DNA from: a virus
Direction: 5' to 3' (one strand)
DNA: 64,000 bases
IMG/VR virus record: IMGVR_UViG_3300037797_000117
Location: 64,001-128,000 of that record
Position 1 is the stretch's first letter, and every line of letters starts with the position of its first letter. The notes below the pieces were generated by a model. That model made no database searches, had not been told where the DNA came from, and was given only the letters and a program-made list of their open reading frames with translations. Position numbers and translations under genes: made by a program. Below are positions 18,295 to 28,393 of the stretch, in pieces.

Positions 18295-18591
18295 TCAGGC
18301 GGCGTAACGCGACGGGTAGACGTCGACGTCGTCGTCGTAGTCGTGGTAGTCCGTCGGGGGTGTGTCTTCGCCGTCGGGCCGGTACCAGCCGTTGGCGGCG
18401 TTACGGGCCTGTGCACCGGTGGTGGTCGGCCAGTCGCGGGCGTCGTTGACGCCGTCTTCGACGAGGGCGAAGACCTGGTCTTCGTCGATGCCGACGGACA
18501 GAGCGGTCGCGGCAGCGGCACGGAGCATGCGCGCCGCGCGGTCCATGTCTGTCTGCCAGGCGTCCTTCATGTTCTCCACGATCCCATACAC
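18295..18591 (-). CDS. hypothetical acidic protein
   Basis: 98 aa, GGAGG near the start. Confidence 0.6.
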   Translation of the reverse strand: MYGIVENMKDAWQTDMDRAARMLRAAAATALSVGIDEDQVFALVEDGVNDARDWPTTTGAQARNAANGWYRPDGEDTPPTDYHDYDDDVDVYPSRYAA

Positions 18592-18672
18592 CTCCGCGTA
18601 AATACAGGCAAGTGCTCGCTGCCGGCGTGTCGCCAGCCACGTTCAGAACATCCGTGCTAACACCCTCCCTAG

Positions 18673-18701
18673 TTGTGTCGTACCCCGGCTTCGGGTAACA
18701 T
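18673..18701 (+). promoter_or_regulatory. operator-promoter copy 8 (dnaB)
   Basis: TTGTGT-N17-TAACAT; spacer CGTACCCCGGCTTCG. Confidence 0.7.
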
Positions 18702-18796
18702 CAACTTCTCCGAGTGGCGAGAACTGGACTCCCACCCCGGACCGAGATGGAGCACCACATGCTCACCGCCCCTACCCCCTCCTGCCCGGAGTGGCG

Positions 18797-20161
18797 ATGA
18801 CCACCACCGTCACCCGCCCCGTCGACGCCGACCGCTCGCCGCCCAACGACCTCAACGCCGAAATGGCCGTCCTCGGCGCCATGCTGATCTCCAAAGACGC
18901 CATCGCGGACATCGTCGAGATCCTTCAGGGCAGCGACTTCTACCGCCCCCACCACACCGCGATCTTCGACGCCGCCATCGGCCTCTACAACGACGGCGAC
19001 CCGGTCGACGCCATCTCCGTCACCGACGCCCTCACCACCTCCAACCCCGCCGCGTTCACCCGCATGGGCGGTGCCAGCTACCTCCACGACTGCATGCACG
19101 CCGCCCCCACCGCCGCCAACGGCGGCTACTACGCCGGCATCGTCAAAGAGCACTCCATCGAACGGCGCCTCATCGAAGCCGGCACCAAGGTCGTCCAGTA
19201 CGGCTACGGCACCGCCGGCACCGGCCTCGACGTCACCGAACGCCTCGACATGGCCCAACGAGCCGTGTACGACGTCGCCAACACCGACGCCACTGACGGG
19301 TTTACCGCCCTCGACGACCTCCTCCAACCAACCCTCGACGAAATTGAGGAATGCGGTGCCCAGGGCGACGGCATGCGCGGCGTCCCCACCGGGTTCACCG
19401 ACCTTGACCGGCTCCTCAACGGGCTCGCCCCCGGCCAACTCATCGTCGTCGCCGGCCGGCCCGGTCTCGGAAAGTCGACAGCAGGGCTGGACTTCTGCCG
19501 CTCGGCGTCGATCCGGCACGGCCAGGCCAGCGCCATCTTCTCCTTGGAGATGAGCAAGGTCGAGGTGGTGACACGGCTCCTGTCCGCTGAGGCCCGGGTT
19601 CCGCTGCAAGTGCTCCGGTCGGGGCGGCTGAACGACGACGACTGGACGAAGCTGGCCCGCCGCATGGGCGAGATCAGCGGGGCGCCACTGTTCGTCGACG
19701 ACACGCCGAACATGTCCCTCATGGAGATCCGGGCCAAGGCCCGCCGGCTCAGGCAGCGTCACGACCTGAAACTCATCGTGGTCGACTACCTGCAACTCAT
19801 GACCGTGCCGAGGCGGGGAGATTTCAACCGCCAGAACGAGGTGGCCGAACTGTCGCGGGGGCTGAAGCTACTCGCGAAGGAGGTCGAGTGCCCGGTGGTC
19901 GCGGTCAGCCAGTTGAACCGCGGCCCGGAACAGCGTACCGACAAACGCCCCCTCCTGTCCGATTTGAGAGATTCGGGCGCAATCGAGCAAGATGCGGATG
20001 TTGTCATACTTTTGCACCGCGACGACTACCACGACAAGGAATCCGTCCGGGCAGGCGAGGCCGACTTCATCGTGGCCAAGCACCGAAACGGACCGACCGA
20101 CACCATCACCGTCGCGGCGCAGCTTCACCTGTCCCGGTTCGTTGACATGGCCATCGTCTAG
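18797..20161 (+). CDS. dnaB: replicative DNA helicase
   Basis: AGRPGLGKST, FSLEM, VVDYLQLM, SQLNRGPEQR, SDLRDSGAIEQDAD, KHRNGP. Confidence 0.97.
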   Translation: MTTTVTRPVDADRSPPNDLNAEMAVLGAMLISKDAIADIVEILQGSDFYRPHHTAIFDAAIGLYNDGDPVDAISVTDALTTSNPAAFTRMGGASYLHDCMHAAPTAANGGYYAGIVKEHSIERRLIEAGTKVVQYGYGTAGTGLDVTERLDMAQRAVYDVANTDATDGFTALDDLLQPTLDEIEECGAQGDGMRGVPTGFTDLDRLLNGLAPGQLIVVAGRPGLGKSTAGLDFCRSASIRHGQASAIFSLEMSKVEVVTRLLSAEARVPLQVLRSGRLNDDDWTKLARRMGEISGAPLFVDDTPNMSLMEIRAKARRLRQRHDLKLIVVDYLQLMTVPRRGDFNRQNEVAELSRGLKLLAKEVECPVVAVSQLNRGPEQRTDKRPLLSDLRDSGAIEQDADVVILLHRDDYHDKESVRAGEADFIVAKHRNGPTDTITVAAQLHLSRFVDMAIV

Positions 20162-20179
20162 TTGCGGAAAGGGCCACCC

Positions 20180-20533
20180 ATGACCGACACCGACGTGCGT
20201 TCCTCACCCCGTGCGGCCGCAGGTGAAGCCATGCGAACCATCACGATCAACGGGCACGACGTGCTGCCCTGGGACCAGCTCGCTGCGGACCGGCGCGAGC
20301 TGTGGGGCGACCGGGCCGCCCCGGCGGTGACCGCCGCACTCGACGCGGTCACCGTCCACCACCTCGATCAGCTCGCCCTCGTCCTGTACATCCAGCACCA
20401 CCGGTGGGCCGGCACGTACACCGACGAGACCGTACGCGGCTGGGAGGCCGGTGAGCAGCACGTGGACCGGTGGCCGTGGCGCCACCAAGCACAGACGGTG
20501 ATGGCCGCGGTTGCCCTGCTCGTCAGCCGCTGA
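20180..20533 (+). CDS. hypothetical protein
   Basis: GGAAAGG RBS. Confidence 0.55.
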   Translation: MTDTDVRSSPRAAAGEAMRTITINGHDVLPWDQLAADRRELWGDRAAPAVTAALDAVTVHHLDQLALVLYIQHHRWAGTYTDETVRGWEAGEQHVDRWPWRHQAQTVMAAVALLVSR

Positions 20534-20562
20534 TTGTGCCGTACCCCCGAATCGGCTAACGT
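20534..20562 (+). promoter_or_regulatory. operator-promoter copy 9
   Basis: TTGTGC-N17-TAACGT; spacer CGTACCCCCGAATCG. Confidence 0.7.
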
Positions 20563-20600
20563 AGGTGGTGTTCCCCGAACCCCGCCCGGCAGGAGACGCC

Positions 20601-21023
20601 ATGCCCACCAGCCGCACCATCCGAGCCGACGCCCCCGGACCCGTCCTCGTCGACGCCCACACCCGCAGCCTCACCGTCCACGTCTCCACCGTCCCGAACC
20701 TCGCAGTGGCCGAGCTGACCATCTCCACCGACGACGACAGCGGCCCCTCCGCCGACCTGGTCAACAACGCCCACCTCGACGTGCTGCCACCGGCCGCCGA
20801 CGAGAAAGGAATCGGTGGTGTCCGCGGCGGATACCAGCCGGTGGTGTCCCGGCCGCAGACCTCGACGCGGTGGTCCGAACACATCCCGCCGAACCCGGGG
20901 CAGACCCGCCCGCGGCCGGCACCGCCCGCGAGCTACCACCGACCCGCCAGCCCGCGCTCCAGCCGGTCCAGCGGCGGCTGGCTGGACAGCGTCCTCGACG
21001 GAATCGGCGACGTCTTCGACTAG
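20601..21023 (+). CDS. hypothetical protein; N-terminus resembles DUF4097-type proteins
   Basis: AGGAG RBS; beta-rich start, then a low-complexity tail. Confidence 0.55.
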   Translation: MPTSRTIRADAPGPVLVDAHTRSLTVHVSTVPNLAVAELTISTDDDSGPSADLVNNAHLDVLPPAADEKGIGGVRGGYQPVVSRPQTSTRWSEHIPPNPGQTRPRPAPPASYHRPASPRSSRSSGGWLDSVLDGIGDVFD

Positions 21024-21079
21024 CCGCAGCCCGTCCCTGCTGTTCAACGGCCCCGCCCACCATCGAAGGGATTCGTGTC

Positions 21080-21403
21080 GTGCCCGACGCATACCTGACC
21101 CCAGACCAGGCTGACATCTACCTGGGTGCCAAACGTGACCAGCTCACCCGCGCGGTCGCGGACGGCGACCACGCGGCCGCACTCGACGTCGTCCGCGGCG
21201 TCCGTGACGACGGATTCCCCACCGTCGCCGACGAAATCCACGACGGCGTGGTCCGCATGCTCCCCGCCGACACCGCCGGTCTGGGCTCCACTTCCCCGGA
21301 GCCCAGACCGGCAGCGGTTCACCGCTGGACAACCGCGTGTGACGTAGCCGCGTGCGCAGCGTGCGCCGAGGGCAGTCGTCCCACCACAGAGGACGGTGAG
21401 TGA
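21080..21403 (+). CDS. hypothetical protein
   Basis: GAAGGG RBS; coupled to the next gene. Confidence 0.5.
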   Translation: MPDAYLTPDQADIYLGAKRDQLTRAVADGDHAAALDVVRGVRDDGFPTVADEIHDGVVRMLPADTAGLGSTSPEPRPAAVHRWTTACDVAACAACAEGSRPTTEDGE

Positions 21404-21777
21404 TGGCTGAGGACCTGATCGGCCCGTTGACCGCCGCCGAGTGGTGCGAGTTCCGCCTACGCCCGGGCGACGACCTGCTGACATGCTGCTCGGTCACCTC
21501 CGAGTTCCGGGACGAGATTTTCTACCTGCTCCGCATGGGTGGCGACGACCGGTTGCTACGGGACGGGTTCCGCGCCGCGTACTACCGGATGGTCGACCAC
21601 GGTCTACCCGACGGCCGTAGTGGGGAGCTGGTCGGCCGGCTGGCGACCTACTTCCTCGGCGACCCGCCGGAGCCGAAACAGGACATGGACGATATGACTG
21701 TCGAAGAGATGCTTGCCGAGTTGAAGCGCCGCCAGGACGCCGACGCCGGTGACGTGCCCGGCCAGACAGCCGAGTGA
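21400..21777 (+). CDS. hypothetical protein
   Basis: GTGA overlap; 125 aa. Confidence 0.6.
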   Translation: MMAEDLIGPLTAAEWCEFRLRPGDDLLTCCSVTSEFRDEIFYLLRMGGDDRLLRDGFRAAYYRMVDHGLPDGRSGELVGRLATYFLGDPPEPKQDMDDMTVEEMLAELKRRQDADAGDVPGQTAE

Positions 21778-21826
21778 AAAACAGCAAGTTGCAGAGAGTG
21801 ACCACCACAAAGGGGACTACCAAATC

Positions 21827-22366
21827 ATGGCCGGAGATACCACGATCACGATCATCGGCAACCTGACCGACGATCCGGAGCTGCGGTTCACGCCGTCCGG
21901 TGCGGCCGTGGCCAAGTTCCGCGTCGCCTCGACGCCGCGGTTCATGGACCGGCAGACCAACGAGTGGAAAGACGGCGAACCGCTTTTCCTGGCCTGCACC
22001 GTGTGGCGGCAGGCGGCCGAGAACGTCGCCGAGTCGCTGCAACGCGGCGCCCGGGTGATCGTCTCCGGCCGGCTCAAGCAGCGCAGCTACGAAACCCGCG
22101 AGGGCGAGAAGCGCACCGTCATGGAGTTGGAGGTCGACGAGGTCGGCCCCTCGCTCCGCTACGCCACCGCCAAGGTGCAGAAGATGCAGCGCACCAACGG
22201 GGGGACCGGTGGCGGGTTCGGCGCGTCGGGTTCCACACCGGCAGGCAACGGCGGGGGAGCGGCCGCCGGCGGCGGCGGCTACGCCGACGATCCGTGGGCC
22301 AGCGGATCCCCCGCCACAGCGGGCGGGGCAAAGGCGGGCGACTTCAACGACGAGCCGCCCTTCTAA
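21827..22366 (+). CDS. ssb: single-stranded DNA-binding protein
   Basis: [23 protein letters not shown]...acidic tail DEPPF. Confidence 0.97.
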   Translation: MAGDTTITIIGNLTDDPELRFTPSGAAVAKFRVASTPRFMDRQTNEWKDGEPLFLACTVWRQAAENVAESLQRGARVIVSGRLKQRSYETREGEKRTVMELEVDEVGPSLRYATAKVQKMQRTNGGTGGGFGASGSTPAGNGGGAAAGGGGYADDPWASGSPATAGGAKAGDFNDEPPF

Positions 22367-22390
22367 CCGACGAAGGAAAGGGCAACGCTG

Positions 22391-22654
22391 GTGCAGGTCT
22401 CTGGCGGGGACGTTCTGTTCATCACCGACCGGGCAAGTGTTCAGTTTCGCCGTCCCATCCTTTTCCGGGTGATCCGGGAAGAGCCGTGGTCCACCCCGCA
22501 GGGGTGGGTGTGGCTCGACGGATACGAGTTGAACAAGACCTGCGACGCCGTGTCCCGGCGTTCCATCTTCGTACAGCGGGCAGGGCTGATCCGGCCCCGC
22601 CAGAACAGTGCGCCGGCCCGTCTGCTGAACAGCTACAAACCGCCGCGGCTGTAG
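22391..22654 (+). CDS. small hypothetical protein of a family I associate with Micromonosporaceae
   Basis: ASVQFRRPILFRVIR...GWVWLDGYEL...RRSIFVQRAGL. Confidence 0.7.
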   Translation: MQVSGGDVLFITDRASVQFRRPILFRVIREEPWSTPQGWVWLDGYELNKTCDAVSRRSIFVQRAGLIRPRQNSAPARLLNSYKPPRL

Positions 22655-22739
22655 CGCACGATCCGAGAAGGCGTCGGCCGGTGGTGAAGTTTCACCGGCC
22701 GACGCCCGTATCCAAGACCAGAAACAGGGAGGCGCAGAG

Positions 22740-23300
22740 GTGGCGTTTACGTGGACGACGGTGGCCGGCACCGGCCCCCGCGACATGACCGGCCCGTCCG
22801 GCTGGACCCGCACCAACCTGGACCAATGTGCCGTGTGGCTGCGGGAAAAGGCAGGCACCGTCACCGCCGTGTCCGGCCTGGCCCGCGGCTTCGACCTGTG
22901 GTGGGGCGCCGCCGCGGTCCGGGCCGGCCTCGACCTGTGGGCAATGATCCCGTTCGAGGAGCAACCCGACGGGTGGAAGGACGTCGACCAGGCCGAGTGG
23001 CGACGCCTCCGAGCGGCCGCCGCGCGGGAAACGGTCGTCGGCGCCCTCGCTGGCGCCGCCGACCGGCGGCGCCGCGCGATCGATCTGTACCACGCCCGCA
23101 ACGACGCCATGCTCGAGGTTGCCGACGCTGTCGTCACCGGGTGGGAACCCCACCGGCGCAGCGGGGGAACACACTCCGCCCTGCTCAAGGCTGCCCGGCG
23201 GGGCATGCCCGGTATCCACCTTGACCCGGCCCGGCCCGGTGTCCGGTTCCAGCTCCCCACCCTCGCCGAGCTCCAGCCCCGTCGGCGGGCCCCCCGGTGA
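22740..23300 (+). CDS. SLOG (YspA/DUF1273-like) nucleotide-binding protein
   Basis: TGPR, SGLARGFD, IPFEEQ, RNDAML..AD, SGGT motifs. Confidence 0.8.
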   Translation: MAFTWTTVAGTGPRDMTGPSGWTRTNLDQCAVWLREKAGTVTAVSGLARGFDLWWGAAAVRAGLDLWAMIPFEEQPDGWKDVDQAEWRRLRAAAARETVVGALAGAADRRRRAIDLYHARNDAMLEVADAVVTGWEPHRRSGGTHSALLKAARRGMPGIHLDPARPGVRFQLPTLAELQPRRRAPR

Positions 23301-23896
23301 CCGCCGTCCCGGCCGAGCTACGCCCGTACCGTGTCGTCGACCGGTACCAGCGTGGGTGGCTGACTGCGGTGGATCCGTGCACGACCTACCCGCCGATCGG
23401 TGGTAGCCGGGTGTGGACGTTGGCCGCGTTGGAGGAATGCCGGGCGCCGCTACGCCCGGTCGTGGCCGCGCCCACTACCGACCGGGACGCCCTGGTGGCC
23501 ATCCTGGCCGAGGCGGGCCGCGACGCGGTGTCCACGGTGGCGGCGGCCCTGTACCGGGTGGCCCGCGCTTGTTACACCGCGGACGGGCACGACGCGCGGA
23601 TGGTGGCCGGGCGGCCCGGGTCGTGGGAAAGCATGCTGCTGCCCCGGGTGGCGTGGGAGATCGGTATCGACATTGCCGGGCGCCGGGTTCACCCGCGGGC
23701 GTTGGCGGTGTGTGAGCGGACCATCCATTCGTGGGTGTTCACCGCAGAGTGGTATGTCGAGGTTGCCGAGAACCTGGCGTCGGTGCTGGGGGAGGTGGTC
23801 ACGGTGCGGGGTGGCTATCCGAAGGTGTGTGATCAGTGGATTCGTCAGCATGCCCTGGCTGACCGGGTGGAGGCGTGGGTGACGTCGACGGTGTGA
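23297..23896 (+). CDS. hypothetical protein
   Basis: GTGA overlap; 199 aa. Confidence 0.6.
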   Translation: MTAVPAELRPYRVVDRYQRGWLTAVDPCTTYPPIGGSRVWTLAALEECRAPLRPVVAAPTTDRDALVAILAEAGRDAVSTVAAALYRVARACYTADGHDARMVAGRPGSWESMLLPRVAWEIGIDIAGRRVHPRALAVCERTIHSWVFTAEWYVEVAENLASVLGEVVTVRGGYPKVCDQWIRQHALADRVEAWVTSTV

Positions 23897-23927
23897 CACC
23901 TGGCATGCCACACCGCACCGGCCGGTC

Positions 23928-23956
23928 TTGCCCCGTACCCAGGGTACGGATACTCT
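23928..23956 (+). promoter_or_regulatory. operator-promoter copy 10 (perfect palindrome)
   Basis: TTGCCC-N17-TACTCT; spacer CGTACCCAGGGTACG. Confidence 0.75.
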
Positions 23957-24021
23957 GGGTGTTTGTAGTTGCCGAACCCGTTTCCCCACGGACCCATTCC
24001 ATACCCATCGAAGGACCGCCC

Positions 24022-26043
24022 ATGGCCAGCAAAACCGGCTACGTCAACTCCGGACAGTTCTGCACCATCGGAGATGTCGGCGTCACCCGCGCCGGTACCC
24101 GCCTGGAATGTATCGCCGTCGACGGTAAACGTGCCCGCATGCGTATGCCCGCCGGCGAAACCGCCAAGTCGAAAATCCGCAAGCGGGAACGCCGCACCCC
24201 TGCCGACCGGGCCGCCGACGCCCTACGCCCCTCCGAGGTCGGCCACCTGCGCCGCCTCGCCGGCCTGCCCTCCGACCAGGCGAAGATGCGCCGCAAATCC
24301 CAACTCGACAAGCTCCGCACCGCCGGGTTCGTCGACGACCAGGGCGACCTGACCGACGCCGGCCGCGACGCGTTGCGCCGCTGCGGCCAACTCGACGACA
24401 CAACCCCGAAGATCGACCGCTCCGACAACGCCGTCACCGACTGGTCGACCTTCAGCGTGTGCCCGACCTGCGGTGCCGACCTGACCGAGCCGTGCCACGA
24501 CCTGCGCGACCGGGGCAGCCTCAACGCCACCCCGCACGCCGGACGGCCCCACCAGGCCAGCGACACGCTAGCCGAGATCGACCAGCGGGTGGCGGGCAAG
24601 AAGGCCGCGGAAGAGTACCGGCTGGAAAATCACCCGGCCGCGTACGACCTGCGCAACCACCCGGACCGGTTCGTCGGCAAGACCGTTACCGTTACCTCCC
24701 CCAGCTACGGCGGGACGCCGGGAACGACCTACACCGGGGAGCTGGAGTCGGCGCCGTACACCCCGGGAATGTCGCACGTCGTGGTCCGGATCAAAGGCGT
24801 CGACGGCACGGTCCGGTTGGACCCCTCGGCCCCCGTCACCGTCCACGACCGGTCCGCCCAGGCCGGTACCGACTGGTCCCGGTTCGGTATCTGCCCGGCC
24901 TGCACCGCCGCCACCGGCCAGCCGTGCCACGACCTGGGTTCCCCCGGCTCGCTGAACGCGACACCGCACGACGGCCGACCCGCCATCCTGAACCGCGACA
25001 ACGAAGCCGCGGCCGATGTCCGTGCCCGGGACATCGCGGCCGACAAGAAGCTGTCCGACGTCCTGACCCAGGCCGACGAGGACGGCGACCTGACCAACCA
25101 CGACCTGGACAACGCATGCTCGCTGGGCCTGTGGCACACCGGCCCGTGCGTACCGAAGGACGGGCCGGCCCCGCCCGCCGACGACGAGGCCAAGTTCCAG
25201 GCAACCCGCAGCCGGCAGGCCGATATCGACGCCGGCCGGGCCGCGGCCAAGACCGCGGCCGAGGTCGACGAGCTCCGCGCCGAAGGCCACGACGACGTCG
25301 CCCGGCAGCGGCTCACCGACCGGATCGGCCACGACCACCCCAACTGGACTCCTGACCAGGTGAAGAACGAAACCGACCGGATCATGAACGACCCGTGGGC
25401 CGACGCCGCCCAGCACCACACCACCCCGATCGGCGCGGCCGGCGGCACCGAACCCTACGACCCGGCCCGGCACACCGCCATCGGTGACGCCCCCACCGCC
25501 GGCACGCCGGTCACCGTCGTGCGGCCGGGTGCCCAGTGGGGGAGCGGCGACGACACCACCCCGATCGAGAAGGCCCACGTCGCCGACACCGGCCGGCCGG
25601 TACCGGCCCGGCTCGACCCGTCGCTGCCGGTCGAGGACCGTATCCGCGCTGCCTACGACGATCTGAAGAACCGCAAGGACAGCTACGTTCCCGTCGCGGA
25701 CCTGCGGGCGGCCCTGCCCGATGTGCCGAATGACCAGTTCGACGCCACGCTGCGCCGGATGAGTCGCGCCGACGGGGACGCCTACACCGTGCCGGAGTCC
25801 AACCAGAAGGCACTCACCGAGCACCGGCGGGCTGGGGCGCTGTGGATGGGGAATCAGGACAGGCACATCGTTTCCTTCCCGGGTCGTGACTCCGAACCGA
25901 CCGGGGCGTTGGTACAGAGCCCGGGCCAGTGGGATGTCCTGCCTGCCGATGTGGCCGAGCGGGTCCGTGAGTTGTACGGCGATCAGGCGATGCCCAGCCG
26001 TGCGGCGGATACCGGCTCAGCGATGCCGCAGGCCGGTCTGTAA
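24022..26043 (+). CDS. multidomain protein: duplicated CxxC...C...H zinc finger, GrpE-like beta segment, C-terminal wHTH-like domain
   Basis: TDWS.F..CP.C...PCHDL...GSLNATPH.GR twice; EPYDPARH...VTVVRPG; V.VADLRAAL...FDA.L. Confidence 0.7.
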   Translation: MASKTGYVNSGQFCTIGDVGVTRAGTRLECIAVDGKRARMRMPAGETAKSKIRKRERRTPADRAADALRPSEVGHLRRLAGLPSDQAKMRRKSQLDKLRTAGFVDDQGDLTDAGRDALRRCGQLDDTTPKIDRSDNAVTDWSTFSVCPTCGADLTEPCHDLRDRGSLNATPHAGRPHQASDTLAEIDQRVAGKKAAEEYRLENHPAAYDLRNHPDRFVGKTVTVTSPSYGGTPGTTYTGELESAPYTPGMSHVVVRIKGVDGTVRLDPSAPVTVHDRSAQAGTDWSRFGICPACTAATGQPCHDLGSPGSLNATPHDGRPAILNRDNEAAADVRARDIAADKKLSDVLTQADEDGDLTNHDLDNACSLGLWHTGPCVPKDGPAPPADDEAKFQATRSRQADIDAGRAAAKTAAEVDELRAEGHDDVARQRLTDRIGHDHPNWTPDQVKNETDRIMNDPWADAAQHHTTPIGAAGGTEPYDPARHTAIGDAPTAGTPVTVVRPGAQWGSGDDTTPIEKAHVADTGRPVPARLDPSLPVEDRIRAAYDDLKNRKDSYVPVADLRAALPDVPNDQFDATLRRMSRADGDAYTVPESNQKALTEHRRAGALWMGNQDRHIVSFPGRDSEPTGALVQSPGQWDVLPADVAERVRELYGDQAMPSRAADTGSAMPQAGL

Positions 26044-26147
26044 CCCCCTTCGGTAGACGAACCGATCCCTGACCCGGGCCGCCCCCAGACAGATTGGAGG
26101 TGGCCGGGCCGGGGCCAGCCCCGAACTTCCCAAGGAAAGGATCACCC

Positions 26148-26660
26148 GTGACCGACGTCGAGGCGGCAGTGGCCACGTTCCACCGGTTTCTGGGGCAGCC
26201 CGGACCTGACCGGCCCAGCCTGGAGCAGCACGCGGCCCGCCGCGACCTACGGATCGCCCTCCTCGAAGGGGAGACGGCCGAACTGGTGGCCGCGATCCGG
26301 GCGGGTGACCTGACAGCGATCGCGCACGAGCTCGCCGACCTGGCCATCGCCGTCTACGGAACGGCCCACACGTACGGGCTGCCCCTGAACGAGGTGGTGG
26401 CCGTGGTCCACAGGTCGAACATGACCCGGACCCCGACCGCTTCCGGCAAGGCCGTGAAAGGTGTCGGATACGTGTACCCGGACGTAGGGAAGGTTCTCGA
26501 CGCGGCGGCCGCGCGTCCGGATCAGCGGCCGGCGTTCCGGTTCCCGACCGGCCGGCCCGAGTGGCTGGGGACGTTCCAGGAGTGGCCGTGTGGGAGCTGC
26601 GGGAAGGAGGCGGATGACTCGACGAAGCATTTCTGCCGGCCGACCACCACCCGCCTCTAA
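26148..26660 (+). CDS. MazG-like/PRA-PH NTP pyrophosphohydrolase
   Basis: LLEGETAEL...AHELADL...VHRSNM. Confidence 0.8.
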   Translation: MTDVEAAVATFHRFLGQPGPDRPSLEQHAARRDLRIALLEGETAELVAAIRAGDLTAIAHELADLAIAVYGTAHTYGLPLNEVVAVVHRSNMTRTPTASGKAVKGVGYVYPDVGKVLDAAAARPDQRPAFRFPTGRPEWLGTFQEWPCGSCGKEADDSTKHFCRPTTTRL

Positions 26661-26662
26661 CA

Positions 26663-26691
26663 TTGTGCCGTACCCCTGAATCGGGTACCGT
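26663..26691 (+). promoter_or_regulatory. operator-promoter copy 11
   Basis: TTGTGC-N17-TACCGT; spacer CGTACCCCTGAATCG. Confidence 0.7.
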
Positions 26692-26733
26692 AGTGGTCGA
26701 ATCTGACCGCCACAACCAAAGGATCTCGCCCTC

Positions 26734-27059
26734 ATGGACACTCTTGACCCCGACATGCGACAGTTCCTGGGCAGGTACCTGGACCAGCGTGCCGACGAAC
26801 GCCGGCAGAACGCCGACCACGCACTGATGGCCATGACCGAACGGGAGCGGGCAATCTTCCGCGAGGCAGCCGTCATGGGCTACGTCCTCGGCGTCCGTTC
26901 CGTCCCGGGCAGCCACAACCAGGAGATGCCGACCGACGGCCGCATCGCCTACTCGACGCCATCATCGGCTCCGGCGTCGCCGACCTGTACCCGGTCATCA
27001 ACCGCATCGCCCGCAAAGCCGCACGCCGGCGTGCCCGCAAGGCCGCCACCAACCCCTGA
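26734..27059 (+). pseudogene. hypothetical gene with an apparent frameshift near 26950
   Basis: GC3-biased coding continues in another frame (DAIIGSGVADLYPVINRIARK...TNP stop at 27059). Confidence 0.5.
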
Positions 27060-27070
27060 GAGGACCTGTT

Positions 27071-27247
27071 ATGCCCAGATGGCTGAAGTGGGGCCTGATC
27101 ATCGGCGGGGTGGTGTGGCTGGCAAGCAACCCCGACACCGCCGTCGATACCGCGGTGTCGATCGCTGAGGGCCTCGGAACCCTGTTCGGCAAGCTCATCG
27201 ACTTCGCCGTCAAGCTGTTCGACGGCGTCGGAGACGCCGCATCGTGA
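27071..27247 (+). CDS. small membrane protein (58 aa)
   Basis: GAGGA RBS; MPRWLKWGLIIGGVVWL... Confidence 0.55.
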   Translation: MPRWLKWGLIIGGVVWLASNPDTAVDTAVSIAEGLGTLFGKLIDFAVKLFDGVGDAAS

Positions 27248-27290
27248 ACTGGGAAGACTGCGCCGCCAATACCGAAGGGAACGGATCACG

Positions 27291-27857
27291 ATGCACTCCG
27301 AACAGCTGAGCCGATGGCTGGACCGGGAGGTGGAGCAGGAACGCAACGCCGACCTGGACCGGCTCCTGGTTGACACGGCCGCCATCCCTGGCGAGGTCCG
27401 CCGGCTGGTGGAAGCCGCCATCCGGTTTGGCCAAAGCAAGATGGCCGGCGACGGCTACCGCCAGGTCTACGACCGGGAAGAAGCCATCGCGAAGCGGCTG
27501 GCCCGCGTCGAAGCGTTCATCCGCTCCCACCGGCCGCCGCAGACCACCACGGCCGGTGTCCCCGACGACCTGGTCGACGCCATCCGCGCCGTCCTCGCCG
27601 ACAATCCCGACTACCGGGGGCGACCCGGCCTGGGCACCAACGCGTTGCGGAGACGGATCAAGCGCCACCACCCCGCCGTGTACGAGTGGCACATCGCTAC
27701 CGAATCGTGGAGCCACTTCAACGACCACGTGCTCAAGTCGCTGGCCGACGCCGGGATCCTGCGGGCCGACCCGGACGTGCGGTCCACCGCCGGGCCGCGC
27801 TGGCTGCTCGGCGGGGACGCTGCGCCGCGAACTGGGACGAAGGGACTTACTCCATGA
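27291..27857 (+). CDS. hypothetical protein, possible C-terminal wHTH
   Basis: 188 aa; VLKSLADAGIL. Confidence 0.6.
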   Translation: MHSEQLSRWLDREVEQERNADLDRLLVDTAAIPGEVRRLVEAAIRFGQSKMAGDGYRQVYDREEAIAKRLARVEAFIRSHRPPQTTTAGVPDDLVDAIRAVLADNPDYRGRPGLGTNALRRRIKRHHPAVYEWHIATESWSHFNDHVLKSLADAGILRADPDVRSTAGPRWLLGGDAAPRTGTKGLTP

Positions 27858-28036
27858 CCGTTATGACGGAAGACCAGATCAGAGAGTTCGTCGACGACGC
27901 CACGAGTACCCCCGGCGACAGGGCAACCGCGACAGAGATGATCACCGCCCGGTGGCTGAGGGACCAGGCGGCGGCGGCCGAGGAAGCCCGCGACGCGATC
28001 TACGAGGAAGCCCGCGACAGTTGGGACGGAACCTGA
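27854..28036 (+). CDS. small hypothetical protein
   Basis: ATGA overlap. Confidence 0.5.
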   Translation: MTVMTEDQIREFVDDATSTPGDRATATEMITARWLRDQAAAAEEARDAIYEEARDSWDGT

Positions 28037-28075
28037 CGTACCGGACGCCTTCAACAAACGAGAAAGGCAGACAGA

Positions 28076-28348
28076 ATGACGACCGGCCCGATGCTGTGGA
28101 TCGCCTACGACCCGAGCGTTTTCGACCACGACAAGAACCGCGAGCAGTTCAACGGCAAGGAACCCGCCTGGGGTGAGCCGATGGACGACCACCTCGCCAA
28201 GCAGGGCATCGACGTGCCGCAGGTCGGTGATGAGTTGAACCTGCGGATGGGTGCGCGGACCGTCGTCCAGCGGCGGTTGGAGGCGCCCGAGCGCGACGAC
28301 GACGGGAACAGGGCTACCGACTGGTACTGGACAGTCCTCGTCAGGTAA
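28076..28348 (+). CDS. hypothetical protein
   Basis: GAAAGG RBS. Confidence 0.6.
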   Translation: MTTGPMLWIAYDPSVFDHDKNREQFNGKEPAWGEPMDDHLAKQGIDVPQVGDELNLRMGARTVVQRRLEAPERDDDGNRATDWYWTVLVR

Positions 28349-28393
28349 TAAGCCCCCCAAAGGGGCGCAACTTTACATAACGGGCATTATCGA

